This document shows, piece after piece, positions 1 to 10,733 of a stretch of DNA of 64,000 nucleotides. The notes beneath the pieces were generated by a model. It was not told where the DNA came from, made no database searches, and worked only from the letters and a program-made list of their open reading frames with translations. The stretch is from an uncultured delta proteobacterium (GTDB lineage Bacteria > Myxococcota_A > Polyangia > Polyangiales > Polyangiaceae). Made by a program: the position numbers and the translations under genes. Position 1 is the stretch's first letter; each line of letters starts with the position of its first letter. The stretch is from contig CAWKKR010000001.1 of NCBI GenBank assembly GCA_963850305.1, positions 800,001-864,000 on the forward strand, written 5' to 3'.

Positions 1-108
1 GCACTTTCTTGAACGGAACCCGGATCGCTCCGGGCGCCCGCCACGAGCTTCGAGACGGGGACCAAGTCCGCTTCGGGCTCCTCTCCTCAATCATCAGAGA
101 TCGTCTAG
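1..108 (+). CDS. 3' end of an FHA-domain protein (5'-truncated by window edge; probable +1 indel near 97)
   Basis: Frame reads TFLNGTRIAPGARHELRDGDQVRFG, a typical FHA C-terminal half. Removing one base at ~97 gives ...IIKIV* with TAG at 106-108 and avoids overlap with the next gene. Confidence 0.65.
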
Positions 109-183
109 CGCTGACGCCGCGAACCTCCGTCGCCGACGGTAGAACTCGAAGTCGACGGCTTCTGACAGGACCCGGAACAATCG

Positions 184-2217
184 ATGAAGCGCTTTTCGTT
201 CCCGATGCTCGTGAAGTCGCTTCTCGCGCTCGCATGCGTACTCGCCACGTCCGGCGTGTCCGCGGCACCGGAAGCGCACATCCTGCGGCTCGACCCGCGG
301 GCGAGCCGGTCGAGCGGCGACCCGATCATCACCATGGTCGCCGAGATCGCGCAGTCGCGCCGCGTGAGCGACGCGCTCGCTCCCTGCGCCACGCAAACGG
401 GAGACGCCGCGCTCGCGTGCATGGCCGATGCGCTGGAGAAGCCTTTCGCCCTCTACCAGTCGGTCCCGTTTCCGAAGCAGTCCGCCATCTTCACCGTCAC
501 CGTCGATGATGCCGATCGACCAGCAAAGCTCATGAGCGCCGAGAGCTGGGGACAGGCGACGAATCAGCCCGGCGTCGGAACGGCGTGGCTCGTACTGATC
601 GACGCCGATCGACGGATGGAGGGGGGGTTTTCGGACGCCAAACAGGTCGCGGGCGATTTCGTGGATAGCCTCGGCCCAAACGACATCGTCGACGTGAGAT
701 TCTTCGATGAACGGGAGGTCGTCGAAGACTCGAAGTGGATGCCGGCGTCGGCAAGGTCTCGTGTCCTCTCGTTCATCCAGCGCGTGGCCGGCACCTATCC
801 AGGCAACGCGCGGAGCCGCGCGCTGCCGGCCCTCATCAAGACTGCGGCGACCGACGGTTTCACGGCGCTCGGCAACGTGAGCGAGGCGGTGACCGTCCCG
901 CTTCATCAAGCGATGGTCGTCCTGTCGAGCGGTTACGGCGGCACGGGGGCCGGCGCGCTGAAGCTTCGACAGTACATGACGGGGGGCCGGTTCCCGGAAG
1001 ACAACACCGAGCTTCCCAAGACACCTGTGCCGGTCATCAGCGTCTACTTCCCGATGCCCGCCCCCGACGAATCTCGCCGGGACTCGCTGGATTTCATGGA
1101 GAGCCTCACCAACCCGGAGATGGGCGGGTTCTTCGACGTCGTTCCCGCGGGACAGGGCGCACGCGGGGCGAACATCGTGAGGGCCGTGCGCACCCGCTTT
1201 TCGACGATGCAGCTCATCAAGTGGCGGGTGTCGTGCGTCGCACCGACGGCCACGCAAACCTTCGGCCTCGTGTTCAGCAACGTGAACCCGCCCATCCTCG
1301 GCGACAACTCGTTCAAGGACGCGCCGATTGGCATCGACCCGACCGCCTGGCCCCTCGACGTCGACATCGCGAGCACGCAAGCTGCAACCCTGGCTGCCGG
1401 CGGCATTTACCCGGGCGGCAAGCTCAAGGTCTACGGAGACTTTTGCTGGGGCGGCGACACCACTCGCGTGGAGGCTTACTTTCTCCCTGCAGGCCACGCC
1501 ACTCCCAAGGCTCCGCCCGTCGACGGTGCCGACCGGGAAAAAGGGACGCAGCAACGACTCATGGCGGAAGGCATGCGCGGCACTGCCACCGAGGCGGCCG
1601 ACACCTATGCCGAATTCGACGTGCCCGACAACGACAAGCTCGTGCACGGCTCCGGCGACCAGGCGGTGGCTGCGGTGATCATCTACGACAACAAAGCCCG
1701 TCGTACGAGCGGCATGACCGCCGACACGATCTTGCAGGTGAAGGCGACGGCCGCGCCATTTCCGATGCGGTGGGTTCTCGCTGGCGTTCTGGCCACCGGA
1801 GCCCTCGCGCTGCTCTCCTCGCTCGTGCTCCGGCGCGGCGCGGGTCGAAATCGGGGCGCCGTGTCGCCGTCGCCGCCGCCGATCGCGACCGTGTACGCCC
1901 CGAATTCGCCCGGACCAGACTATGCCACGCGCGCGACACTCCACGGGCAAGCCGGCAATTTCTCCGTGCCGCCAGGCAGTGAACTGCGGGCGGGCCGCGA
2001 CGCCGCCGAGTGCGCGATAGTGCTGAGCGATCCGCGCGTATCGAGCGTGCACGCTTCATTCAAGCTCGAGAACGGGCAACTCCTGATACGCGACGAGGGA
2101 AGCGACGGGGGCACCTTCGTGGACGGTGTCCAGTGCTCTCGCGGGTTCTGGACGCGGGTTCCGCATGGCGGCTCGGTGCGGCTCGCGGCGGTCGAACTGT
2201 CCGTTCGCCTCGCGTGA
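184..2217 (+). CDS. Membrane protein: signal peptide, vWA-like domain, TM helix, C-terminal FHA domain
   Basis: N-terminal signal peptide; vWA-like strands/helices (WLVLIDAD, DIVDVRFFD, AMVVLSSG); TM segment WVLAGVLATGALALLSSLVL; FHA motifs GRD...SDPRVSSVHA...DEGSDGGTFVDG. Confidence 0.8.
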   Translation: MKRFSFPMLVKSLLALACVLATSGVSAAPEAHILRLDPRASRSSGDPIITMVAEIAQSRRVSDALAPCATQTGDAALACMADALEKPFALYQSVPFPKQSAIFTVTVDDADRPAKLMSAESWGQATNQPGVGTAWLVLIDADRRMEGGFSDAKQVAGDFVDSLGPNDIVDVRFFDEREVVEDSKWMPASARSRVLSFIQRVAGTYPGNARSRALPALIKTAATDGFTALGNVSEAVTVPLHQAMVVLSSGYGGTGAGALKLRQYMTGGRFPEDNTELPKTPVPVISVYFPMPAPDESRRDSLDFMESLTNPEMGGFFDVVPAGQGARGANIVRAVRTRFSTMQLIKWRVSCVAPTATQTFGLVFSNVNPPILGDNSFKDAPIGIDPTAWPLDVDIASTQAATLAAGGIYPGGKLKVYGDFCWGGDTTRVEAYFLPAGHATPKAPPVDGADREKGTQQRLMAEGMRGTATEAADTYAEFDVPDNDKLVHGSGDQAVAAVIIYDNKARRTSGMTADTILQVKATAAPFPMRWVLAGVLATGALALLSSLVLRRGAGRNRGAVSPSPPPIATVYAPNSPGPDYATRATLHGQAGNFSVPPGSELRAGRDAAECAIVLSDPRVSSVHASFKLENGQLLIRDEGSDGGTFVDGVQCSRGFWTRVPHGGSVRLAAVELSVRLA

Positions 2218-2236
2218 CGGGCCTCCCCCTGCGGCC

Positions 2237-3304
2237 TCAGCTCCCACAGACCTTGCTCGCACAGCTACCGCTCTGACAATCGGCGTTCCGGATGCATGCG
2301 GCGCCGGTAGGGCACTTCGGACACACACCCCCGCCGCAATCCACGTCTGTTTCCGCGCCGTTCTTGGCACCATCCGCACACGTCGGGGTCGCGCAGTGCA
2401 AAGCGGGGTCGCAATACAGGGAAGTGCAATTGGCGGAAGTCAGACACGTCTTGCCCACGGCGCACAGCCTGCAAGGGTAAACGCCGCAGTCGACGTCGGT
2501 CTCGACGCCGTCTTCCTTGCCGTCGGTACATGTCGGGGTCTTGCAAATGTCGCTCGAACAGTTGCGCGACGTGCAGTCTATGTCGGAAAGGCACGCGTCG
2601 TTCGTCGGGCACGGAGGGCACGAGCCCCCACCGCAGTCGGTGTCGGTCTCGTTGCCGTCGATGATCCCGTCCGCGCAAGGCGAGATGCACACCTCGACCC
2701 CGCCGTCGGTGGCGCCACACGCGGCGCTCTCGCAATCGCGGCTGGCCTCGCACGATTGGCCGAGCGCGCATGGCCCGCAGTCGGGTCCGCCGCAGTCGCG
2801 GTCCGTCTCCTCGCCGTCGAGCACGCCGTCGTCGCACAGCGCGCGCGCGTCGATGGCCGCGTCGTGAGCAGGACCGCCATCGGATGCATCCGAAGCAGCG
2901 TCCAGAACGACGAATGCGCCGCCGCTGCCCGCGTCCACGGACACGGCGCCTCCGGTCGAGCCACCCGCTGCTCCGCCCAGGCCCCCCGCGCCTGGAGCTC
3001 CGCCAGCACTCGGCGCGCCGCCCGTCAGTACGGCCCCGCCGAAGCCGCCGTTCGACGCCCCGCCTCCCGATGAGCCTCCGCTCGACGATCCGGCAGCACC
3101 GGAGTCTGCGATCTCGCCCGGAAGGAGGCATCGATTGGTGCTCTTCTCGCACACGTAGCCTGGCGCGCACGTCCCGGCGAGGCACGGAAGTCCGTCGATG
3201 ACCGAGCTCTCCTCCGGCATGGCGCAGGAGATGGCAAGCGCGAGGCCGGACGCCACCGCGAGGACGGGTCCCGCCCGATGCAGCGCCAGGTCAAAAAGCC
3301 CCAT
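2237..3304 (-). CDS. Cys-rich lipoprotein with 4 'CxDG..xGxETDxDCG' repeats
   Basis: Lipobox-like LAISC; Gly/Ser linker; repeats CDDGVLDGEETDRDCGG, CADGIIDGNETDTDCGG, CTDGKEDGVETDVDCG, CADGAKNGAETDVDCGG. Confidence 0.8.
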   Translation of the reverse strand: MGLFDLALHRAGPVLAVASGLALAISCAMPEESSVIDGLPCLAGTCAPGYVCEKSTNRCLLPGEIADSGAAGSSSGGSSGGGASNGGFGGAVLTGGAPSAGGAPGAGGLGGAAGGSTGGAVSVDAGSGGAFVVLDAASDASDGGPAHDAAIDARALCDDGVLDGEETDRDCGGPDCGPCALGQSCEASRDCESAACGATDGGVEVCISPCADGIIDGNETDTDCGGGSCPPCPTNDACLSDIDCTSRNCSSDICKTPTCTDGKEDGVETDVDCGVYPCRLCAVGKTCLTSANCTSLYCDPALHCATPTCADGAKNGAETDVDCGGGVCPKCPTGAACIRNADCQSGSCASKVCGS

Positions 3305-4235
3305 GGACCTCCACGCCGCACGACGGCCCCGAACAAGCTGCCGTGACGTCCGTGGCGCCGCGCTTCCACAGATCGAAATACAGCAGCACTCCGCCGGCGA
3401 CGGCGAACGCGGAACCTACGCCGAGCGACACGCGGGAGATGGTCTGGTAGGTGGTCGCCTCATCGTAGCGGTCCTTCCCCTCGACGTTGGTCTCGCTCTT
3501 CGCACTCGACACGGCTGCGGCGCGCGCGAATTCGAACCCGAGGGCGGCGCCGAGCCCGGCAACGCCGACGCCGAGGGCGCTCCACGTGACCGGCGTTATT
3601 CGCCGGACCCGTTGCACGGACGCTTCGGCGACTGGAACCGAAACGGGGACGATCGGATGCAGCGGTTCGACCTGCAGCTTCAGCGAGACGTCCACGGCGC
3701 GGTCCGCCGGCAGCTCGAACGAAGTGGCAGCGTCGAGGTACCCGCGAAGCTCCAGCGAGACCTGGTGCGCGCCCGGTGGCATTTCACCCGACCATGGCGT
3801 CACTCCGACGCGCCGCCCATCGAGTGTGATGGTCGCTCCATCGGGCGTGGATAGAATCGTCGCTTGCTGAACGCCGCGAGCCAGGAGCCGCTGTTCGGCC
3901 TGGACGATCTTCGGCTCGATCTCGGCGCGATCCGGCGCCGCCGGCAGAGCGCGGAGATACGCTCGGTACCACTTGAGCGCGTCGGGCGCGTCGCCGAGCT
4001 CTTCGTACGCGAGTCCGATGTTGTACGCGAACGCCGGATTCGGAGAGAGACGGTTCGCTTCCAGGAACCGCTCGATGGCGTCCATGTAGCTGCCGGCGGC
4101 GTAGGCCGCTGCTCCTTCCTGATAGCGCTGCCGCGATAGCTCCTTCGGATCGGTGGACGGTCCGTCCGCGCGGGCGGGTTCTGCCAGCGAGGCGAGCAGG
4201 GCGAGCATCAAGAAAGCGCGTGAACGCGGGAACAT
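3291..4235 (-). CDS. TPR + PEGA domain protein
   Basis: Signal peptide; TPR (YQEGAAAYAAG...AFAYNIGLAYEELG); PEGA (STPDGATITLDGRRVGVTP...PGAHQVSLELRGY); C-terminal hydrophobic segments. Confidence 0.88.
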   Translation of the reverse strand: MFPRSRAFLMLALLASLAEPARADGPSTDPKELSRQRYQEGAAAYAAGSYMDAIERFLEANRLSPNPAFAYNIGLAYEELGDAPDALKWYRAYLRALPAAPDRAEIEPKIVQAEQRLLARGVQQATILSTPDGATITLDGRRVGVTPWSGEMPPGAHQVSLELRGYLDAATSFELPADRAVDVSLKLQVEPLHPIVPVSVPVAEASVQRVRRITPVTWSALGVGVAGLGAALGFEFARAAAVSSAKSETNVEGKDRYDEATTYQTISRVSLGVGSAFAVAGGVLLYFDLWKRGATDVTAACSGPSCGVEVHGAF

Positions 4236-4264
4236 CGGATTGTACGATTACGCCGCTGAGGCCA

Positions 4265-5683
4265 TCATTGAAAGGGGTCTTTCAGCGTTGGCTTCCGCAT
4301 GTGCCCGGACCAGTGCGGCCGCGTGGGTGTTCCGCTCGTGAGTGCCTTGCTCGACGTTGCATTGAAGGTGCCGTCCGACGCCGACGGCGCGGGATCCACT
4401 TCGGGTGGGCGCGCCGGAGCAATCTTGTGAGAATCGTCGCGGTCGGCGCGCGGCAGCGCAGGCGAGTGTCTTGCCAGCGGAGCGGGCGGTCGTGCGGCGG
4501 CGGTCGACGGTGTGGCCGCGTGTCGTGCAGGCTCAGGTCCGCGCAACCACTTGCCGACCAGGAGGCCGCCCCCCAGACCGGCAGCCGTCATCGCGACTGC
4601 GACGATCACCAGAGGATTTCTTGCCGGGTGCGAGACGACTCGCAAGCGCGACGTCGTGATGCCGCTCTCCTCCGACACCCGGTCGCTCTGCTCGTCCCCG
4701 GCCGGGCTCAAGGACATCAGAGCATCTCCCGTTGCCGAGGAGGTTCTCTGGGACCAGGCGGACTCCAGAGTTGCTCCCGCAATGTCCTCGGTCACACCCT
4801 GCGAAAGCAGCCAGTGTGACAATGCTTCTCCCAGTGCGCGCATCGTCGGGAATCGGTCATCGGGCGACTTCGACAGACCCTTGGCGAGAATCTCAGCGAG
4901 AGGCACGTCCGCGGCGCTGGAAACGGACAGCGGTTCCGGGTCGCCGGTCAGAATCGCGTGAAGCGTCGCATTGTAGTTATCGCGTGTGAAGGGTTTCTTC
5001 CCGCTGACGAGCTCATAGAGGACCACACAGACCGACCAGATGTCGGCGCGGTAATCGACCTCATCGCCACGCGCTTGCTCGGGCGACATGTACGTCGGAC
5101 TCCCGAGCACTTCACCGGCCTGGGTCAGCTTGACCTCGCTCTGCTCTATCTTCGCGATGCCGAAGTCCACGATCTTCGGCTGAAGCCGCTCCCCCTCCAC
5201 TTTCACGAGAAAGACGTTCTCGGGCTTGAGGTCGCGGTGAACGATACCTTTCGCATGAGCGGCGGCGAGAGCGTGCACGATCGGAAGCAAGGTACGAACG
5301 GCCTTGGTCGGTGTGATCTGCCCGTGTCGAGCCAGCGCCGTCGCCAAGTCTTCCCCCTCGAGCCGCTCCATTACGATGTACGGCTCGCCGACCTCGGTCC
5401 GCCCGAAATCGAACACGTGCACGATGGCCGGATGTTCGAGGCGAGCGGCGGCACGGGCCTCCTGGAGTAGGCGCTCGGCGGCCTCGCCGCTTGCGCCCGG
5501 GCGGATCAGTTTCACCGCGACGTCGATGTCCAGGGTCTCGTTGTGTGCCAGCCAGACGTCCCCCATGCCGCCCTGGCCGAGCAACCTGGTCAGACGATAA
5601 TTGGCGCCAATCAGCTCACCTATCCGGCGAGTGAGCGGCGGCGCGGCAGGCGCGCCCTCCTGGACCTCGGCATTGGCGACCAT
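4265..5683 (-). CDS. Hanks-type Ser/Thr protein kinase with one TM helix
   Basis: LGQGGMGDVW, VAVK, HRDLKPEN, DFGIAK, GSPTYMSPEQ, DIWS motifs; hydrophobic segment LVIVAVAMTAAGLGGGLLV. Confidence 0.95.
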   Translation of the reverse strand: MVANAEVQEGAPAAPPLTRRIGELIGANYRLTRLLGQGGMGDVWLAHNETLDIDVAVKLIRPGASGEAAERLLQEARAAARLEHPAIVHVFDFGRTEVGEPYIVMERLEGEDLATALARHGQITPTKAVRTLLPIVHALAAAHAKGIVHRDLKPENVFLVKVEGERLQPKIVDFGIAKIEQSEVKLTQAGEVLGSPTYMSPEQARGDEVDYRADIWSVCVVLYELVSGKKPFTRDNYNATLHAILTGDPEPLSVSSAADVPLAEILAKGLSKSPDDRFPTMRALGEALSHWLLSQGVTEDIAGATLESAWSQRTSSATGDALMSLSPAGDEQSDRVSEESGITTSRLRVVSHPARNPLVIVAVAMTAAGLGGGLLVGKWLRGPEPARHAATPSTAAARPPAPLARHSPALPRADRDDSHKIAPARPPEVDPAPSASDGTFNATSSKALTSGTPTRPHWSGHMRKPTLKDPFQ

Positions 5684-5900
5684 TGACTCGTGACCGACCT
5701 CGAAGAGTACACCGGGGATCCCGCCGAGGCAGGTAAGGAACCGTCTTTTTTCGGGGCTTTCCCGGCAGGCGGGGGTCGGAGGATGTCCCGAGAATCGAGG
5801 GCCGCCATTCTTCGTGGCGAGGCTCGACTGGCATTCGGGTTATATTCCGAGATTATCGCTCGGGGAAACGGTGTCTCCGGGGCCTGTTTCGAGGTGGAAG

Positions 5901-7388
5901 ATGCAACGCGCAAAAATCTCGGCTCTCCTGTTCGTGACCGCAATCGGCTTTGGCCCGGGTTGCGGCTCGAGCGAATCGAACGGCCTGGTGCGTCCGAAGG
6001 CGACAGCGGCGCCGACCGGCAGCGTGAGCGTGACGACGACCTTTCCGAGCCCCGCAGTCGAGACCACCACTGACACCATTCACGTCTGGGTCCTGACCGG
6101 CGACGGCGATGCCGGCGCCAACTGCAACGACCTCGTCGGCGGCAGGCTCATCCCCTACTCGCCCGATCTCGAGCTCCGCGGAGACGTGGTCCAGAAGGAT
6201 CCGAGCAAGGCGACAACCCTCGCGGCAGTCGGCCTGGGCGCGGCGTTCGTGTACGTCGAAGCGGTCAACTATGACGGCACCGTCGAATATGCCGGTTGCC
6301 AGGCGGTCGACGTCGAAGGGGCGACGACTTCCGCACAGGTCACGCTGGGCAAGGCGAAAGTCTACGATTGCGCGGACCGCGGGGTTGCGGATGGATCGCC
6401 TTGCGACGACGGAAAGCTCTGCACGGTAGGCGAAACTTGCAAGGCGGGTACATGCCAGGGTGGCTCGGCTCGAACCTGCACCGGACAGACGAGCGCGTGC
6501 TCCGCGGGCACGTGCGACGAAACCAATGGCTGCACGCAGACCCAGGTCGCCGACGGAACGCCCTGCGACGACGGGCTCGCCTGCACGACCGGGGACGTTT
6601 GCACGGGCGGCACGTGCGCCGGGACGACCCGTGACTGTGCGGCGGAAGCAGGAACCTGCCGGACCTCGTTCGGCTGCAGCGAGGCCGCCGGCGGATGTCA
6701 GTTCGAGTCGGCGAACAACTACGGCGCGGCCTGCGACGACGGCCTATTCTGCACGACGAACGACACCTGCGACTTCTCCGGGAACTGCACCGGCACGCCG
6801 CGCGATTGCACGAACGGCGGATGCTCCACGGGGACCTGCAACGAAGCCGCGGGCCGTTGCGACTCGACGCCGACGTCGTCGACCGCTGCGTGCAACGACG
6901 GCCTCTACTGTACGACGAACGACCGCTGCGACGGACTCGGGAACTGCGTCGGAACGCCCGTCGTCTGCAATTCTTCGTGCGCGACGTGCAGCGAGGCGAC
7001 CTACGGTTCCTGCTCCCAGTACGCGACCGCAGGAGCGAGCTGCGACGACGGCAATCCCTGCACGACCGGCGGCGTCTGCGATTCGTACGGGGATTGCACG
7101 ACGGGGACGGCTCTTCCGAGTGGCACCGCGTGCAACGACGGCAATCCCTGCACGACGAACGATCAGTGTTCGTCCGGGTACTGCTACGGCGAGAGCTACG
7201 TCACGGCAGGGACGGCTTGCGGCGCGCCGTGCGTCATCGGAGGGTCCTGCGATGGCTACGGCGACTGCTACGGGGTAGGCGACGCGACCGAGGGCACGAC
7301 CTGCAGCGACGGCGATTCTTGTACGAACGGAGACGTCTGCAACGGGTCAGGCACCTGCCGCGGCACGCCGATCCCGCTCTGCCAGTGA
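5901..7388 (+). CDS. Cys-rich lipoprotein with CDDGxxCT repeats
   Basis: ATG at 5901 after GAGGTGG RBS; MQRAKISALLFVTAIGFGPGC lipoprotein-like signal; about 7 repeats of C[DN]DG[KLN]xCTxxDxC. Confidence 0.8.
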   Translation: MQRAKISALLFVTAIGFGPGCGSSESNGLVRPKATAAPTGSVSVTTTFPSPAVETTTDTIHVWVLTGDGDAGANCNDLVGGRLIPYSPDLELRGDVVQKDPSKATTLAAVGLGAAFVYVEAVNYDGTVEYAGCQAVDVEGATTSAQVTLGKAKVYDCADRGVADGSPCDDGKLCTVGETCKAGTCQGGSARTCTGQTSACSAGTCDETNGCTQTQVADGTPCDDGLACTTGDVCTGGTCAGTTRDCAAEAGTCRTSFGCSEAAGGCQFESANNYGAACDDGLFCTTNDTCDFSGNCTGTPRDCTNGGCSTGTCNEAAGRCDSTPTSSTAACNDGLYCTTNDRCDGLGNCVGTPVVCNSSCATCSEATYGSCSQYATAGASCDDGNPCTTGGVCDSYGDCTTGTALPSGTACNDGNPCTTNDQCSSGYCYGESYVTAGTACGAPCVIGGSCDGYGDCYGVGDATEGTTCSDGDSCTNGDVCNGSGTCRGTPIPLCQ

Positions 7389-7450
7389 CGCGGGTGCAGC
7401 ACGGGGGGCCGCTTCCGCCGGACGCATCTCTCTTCGGTGACTGCCCGAGC

Positions 7451-9316
7451 TCAGTGATTGCCCGAGCACGAGACCGACCCCGCGGGTGGGGTATCGTTGC
7501 AGACTTTCCAGCCCCCGTGATCGACGCACTGACCGCGGCATTGTTCGTTTGTCAAGCACGGCTCGCCGGTCGCAACGAACGGAGCACAACGTGGCGGGTC
7601 TTCCGAGCTGTCGCAGTACAGTGCCTTGGGGTCGCAAGGCGGCTTGCCGAGGCTCGCGCCGCAGAGGTCGCCCGCGGATAGTCCGGCCGTGCACGTCGAC
7701 GAACTCGTCGTGCCCCCACCGAGGAGACCGCCGGTGCCTCCGGTGTTCAAGCCCGGAGGCGCGCCGTAGCAGACGAGCGTCGCGCACTGATCGTTGCTCG
7801 AACACGCGGAGCCCGTGTCGAGCGGTAGTGTCGTGCACACGCGGGACGTCTCGAGCCCGCAGAAGCCCGACGTGCACTGAGTCGATTCCGTGCAGGCTTC
7901 CCCACTCGCGAGCGGAGGCTTCGCGCAAAATCCGGCGACGCAGGCAGAAGATTGACAGTCCGTGTCCAGGGCGCAGATGGCGCCGTCGGGCTTCAGCGCG
8001 ACGCAGTAGGGGACACACTCGAACCGGGTCGTGTCGCATTTGCCCGAACCGCCGGGGCAATCGGTGTCCGCGGAGCAGTAGGTACCGGCGCCCACGCACG
8101 TTCCGCCCGCACATTGGGCGCTATCGCCGCTCGGGCAGAGGCCCGGCGGTGTCACTTGTGGAGCGCAGGTCCCCGTCGACACATCGCAGAATCCGCTCAC
8201 ACACTGTTCGTTCGCGTCGACCGCGAGGGATGAGCTCGTCGCGCCGCAGGGGGAACCCGTCGCAATCTTCGCCTGGCACACGCTCCGCGTCGAATCCGTT
8301 GGATCGACCGCGCAAGTGAGGGTGTCCGCGCAGTCCGAAGGAACGGTACACGGAACGCCGGCTGCACGCGGCACGCCACATCGACCCGTGCCGAAAGACT
8401 CCGCGCCGAGACCGACGCCAATACCGAGACACTTCAGCTGAGCCGTCGCGTCGCAATCGTCGTCCGTCGAGCACGTCGCGCCGTCCTGACACGCGACGAC
8501 GCACGTTGAGGTGAGCCAATCACAGGACAGGTCGCTGCGACACTGCGTGAGGAGTGTCGCGGGGTCGGGGGGCACGTTCCGGTCCCCGTAAACACACGTA
8601 TCCCCCGGACCGGCCGGCGTGTGGCATTTGCCGTCGAGCCCCGAGCAGTAAAGGCCGTCGGCGCAGCTTCCGCCGGACGTTGCGTCCGAACAGAACTCAC
8701 CCTCCTGTGAAAAGCGGACACACTCGCCCTCGGTGCCGAAGTCCGCATCGGTCGAGCAGTGCAGGCCGGGCCCACACTCGAAAGCCCCCCCGAGACTGGT
8801 ACAGGTGTCCCCTTCCTTGAGCTTGCCGATGAAAATCTTCGTCGGGTCGCACGGCGTGTCATCGACCGGCGGCGTCGGCGGCGTGCATACCGCCGGCACG
8901 GCATTGACCGCGGCGACCGGGGGCGCATTACAGGCGAGTGTCGAGAGGTAGTCCGTGCAGGCCTGGAGCGCCTTCGAGTCGATGCTCGTACGCCCATCGT
9001 TCACCGCGCGATCGAGTGCCGCAGCGTTGGGGATGACGACTGCCAGGCCGGGAAACGCACTGAGCGTGAAATCGACCTGCCCGGTGTCCTCGGTGGCGTC
9101 GAGGATCCGTTCGGCGCAGTTGTCCTCCGTGACGAAAGGTTGCAGGTAATAGGCGACCTCGCCGGCCTGACAGCAGCGGTATGCAAAGGAACACGCCGCC
9201 TGGGCGAGCGACTCGACCGAAGGCGTGACTTGCTGGTGTTTTGCGCTCCCACAGGAGGAGGCGAATGGCAAAAGGAGTGTCGCGACCAGCCAGACGTTTA
9301 CGGATCGCCTTCGCAT
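7451..9316 (-). CDS. Cys-rich lipoprotein (EGF/Dickkopf-like repeats)
   Basis: Signal ending FASSC; N-terminal helical Cys domain followed by many GxxCxxxxxCxSxxC modules. Confidence 0.8.
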   Translation of the reverse strand: MRRRSVNVWLVATLLLPFASSCGSAKHQQVTPSVESLAQAACSFAYRCCQAGEVAYYLQPFVTEDNCAERILDATEDTGQVDFTLSAFPGLAVVIPNAAALDRAVNDGRTSIDSKALQACTDYLSTLACNAPPVAAVNAVPAVCTPPTPPVDDTPCDPTKIFIGKLKEGDTCTSLGGAFECGPGLHCSTDADFGTEGECVRFSQEGEFCSDATSGGSCADGLYCSGLDGKCHTPAGPGDTCVYGDRNVPPDPATLLTQCRSDLSCDWLTSTCVVACQDGATCSTDDDCDATAQLKCLGIGVGLGAESFGTGRCGVPRAAGVPCTVPSDCADTLTCAVDPTDSTRSVCQAKIATGSPCGATSSSLAVDANEQCVSGFCDVSTGTCAPQVTPPGLCPSGDSAQCAGGTCVGAGTYCSADTDCPGGSGKCDTTRFECVPYCVALKPDGAICALDTDCQSSACVAGFCAKPPLASGEACTESTQCTSGFCGLETSRVCTTLPLDTGSACSSNDQCATLVCYGAPPGLNTGGTGGLLGGGTTSSSTCTAGLSAGDLCGASLGKPPCDPKALYCDSSEDPPRCAPFVATGEPCLTNEQCRGQCVDHGGWKVCNDTPPAGSVSCSGNH

Positions 9317-9440
9317 ATGGGCCCTCGACTGCCCAGGCTAACAGAATCCCCGGCCGGAACGGAGAAGAGAAGGTGAGCCGAGCTCGAGAGCCCCCGGCGA
9401 TTCAGTTGCGACGGCCGTGGGCCTCGTCTAGAAAACCCCG

Positions 9441-10311
9441 ATGGACCGAAGGGGCATCCTCCTCGCAGGCGGTACGGGAACCCGTCTCTATCCAATCACG
9501 AGAGGCGTCAGCAAGCAGCTCCTCCCGGTCTACGACAAGCCGATGATCTACTATCCGCTGACGACCCTGATGTTCGCCGGCATCCGCGACATCCTGGTCA
9601 TCACTACCCCCGAGGAGCAGCCCAGGTTCAAAACGTTGCTGGGCGACGGCCGGCGCTGGGGCCTATCGCTTTCATACGTGGCGCAAGCCAAGCCGGACGG
9701 CATCGCCCAGGCCTTCATTCTAGGTCGGGAGTTCCTGAACGGCGCCCCCTCGGCTCTCGTCCTGGGGGACAACCTCTTTTACGGACATGGCCTCCAGGAA
9801 CTCGTCGTCCGCGCCGCCAAGCGCCCCACGGGCGCGACCGTATTTGGCTACTGGGTGCGAGAATCCGGGAGCGTACGGCGTCGCCGAGTTCGATGAGAAC
9901 GGAATGGTGGTTGGGCTCGAGGAGAAGCCCTCAGCTCCGAAGTCGAACTACGCGGTCACGGGGCTCTACTTCTACGACGGAACGGCACCGGATCGCGCCG
10001 CACGGCTCGAACCCTCTTCGCGAGGAGAGCTCGAAATCACGGACTTGAACCGCACTTATCTCGGTGACGCGGCGCTACACGTGGAGCTGCTCGGGCGGGG
10101 GTTCGCCTGGCTGGATACCGGGACGCACGAAGCGCTCCTCCAGGCCTCGAACTTCATCCACACCATCGAGGCTCGCCAGGGCCTGAAAGTCGGATGCCCC
10201 GAGGAAGTGGCGTTTCAGAAAGGGTGGATCGACAGGGATGGCCTGAACGCCCTCGCCGCCGAGCTCGGCAAGACCGAGTACGCCGCTTACCTGCGCCAGC
10301 TCGTCGGCTAA
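9441..10311 (+). CDS. rfbA: Glucose-1-phosphate thymidylyltransferase, split by +1 frameshift at ~9862
   Basis: [32 protein letters not shown] in frame 1; EEKP...[23 protein letters not shown] in the second frame. Deleting one A (GAATC to GATC) restores YWVRDPGAYGV. Confidence 0.92.
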
Positions 10312-10358
10312 ACCCCGAGAGCGCCGTCGAGCCGAAACCCGCCACGCCCCCCGACGCT

Positions 10359-10649
10359 TCACGGGCAGGGGCGCGGCACGGGAACCGGAGTTCGGTCGAC
10401 GGCGCCGGCAGCCCGCACGGGAATGCCGTCGGGCTTGGACGTTCGCGCTTCACGGCGACGCCGCGCCACCTCGTCACCGACGAGCAAGGGGAGCAGGAAG
10501 ACCCCACCGGGCGCAATGACCATCAGCACCCAAAGCACGGCGCGAATGACGAGGGGCACGGTAGCCTCAACATGAGCACAGGACATGCCAAACGCAATCC
10601 CACCGAGCGCGAAAACGTTGACGCGGAGGCACCACGATCGGGCTGTCAT
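10359..10649 (-). CDS. Small hypothetical membrane protein
   Basis: 96-aa ORF with two hydrophobic segments, downstream of a co-oriented operon. Confidence 0.45.
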   Translation of the reverse strand: MTARSWCLRVNVFALGGIAFGMSCAHVEATVPLVIRAVLWVLMVIAPGGVFLLPLLVGDEVARRRREARTSKPDGIPVRAAGAVDRTPVPVPRPCP

Positions 10650-10733
10650 ACCTGGGCCAGGGGCGCACAGGTGTTTGCGTGGCGGTCCTCGAAAACGAGG
10701 GCTCCCGGCCCCCGTGGCGGCGATGGGCTCGTC

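Noticed and set aside
5684..5900. Riboswitch or sRNA in the divergent intergenic region
   Set aside because: No consensus I can recognise; an Rfam scan would be needed. I also saw no Moco riboswitch near the mod/mos genes.
9441..10311. rfbA pseudogene or programmed frameshift
   Set aside because: Both halves are fully conserved, there is no slippery sequence, and a single-base fix restores the conserved DP motif. A sequencing error is more likely.
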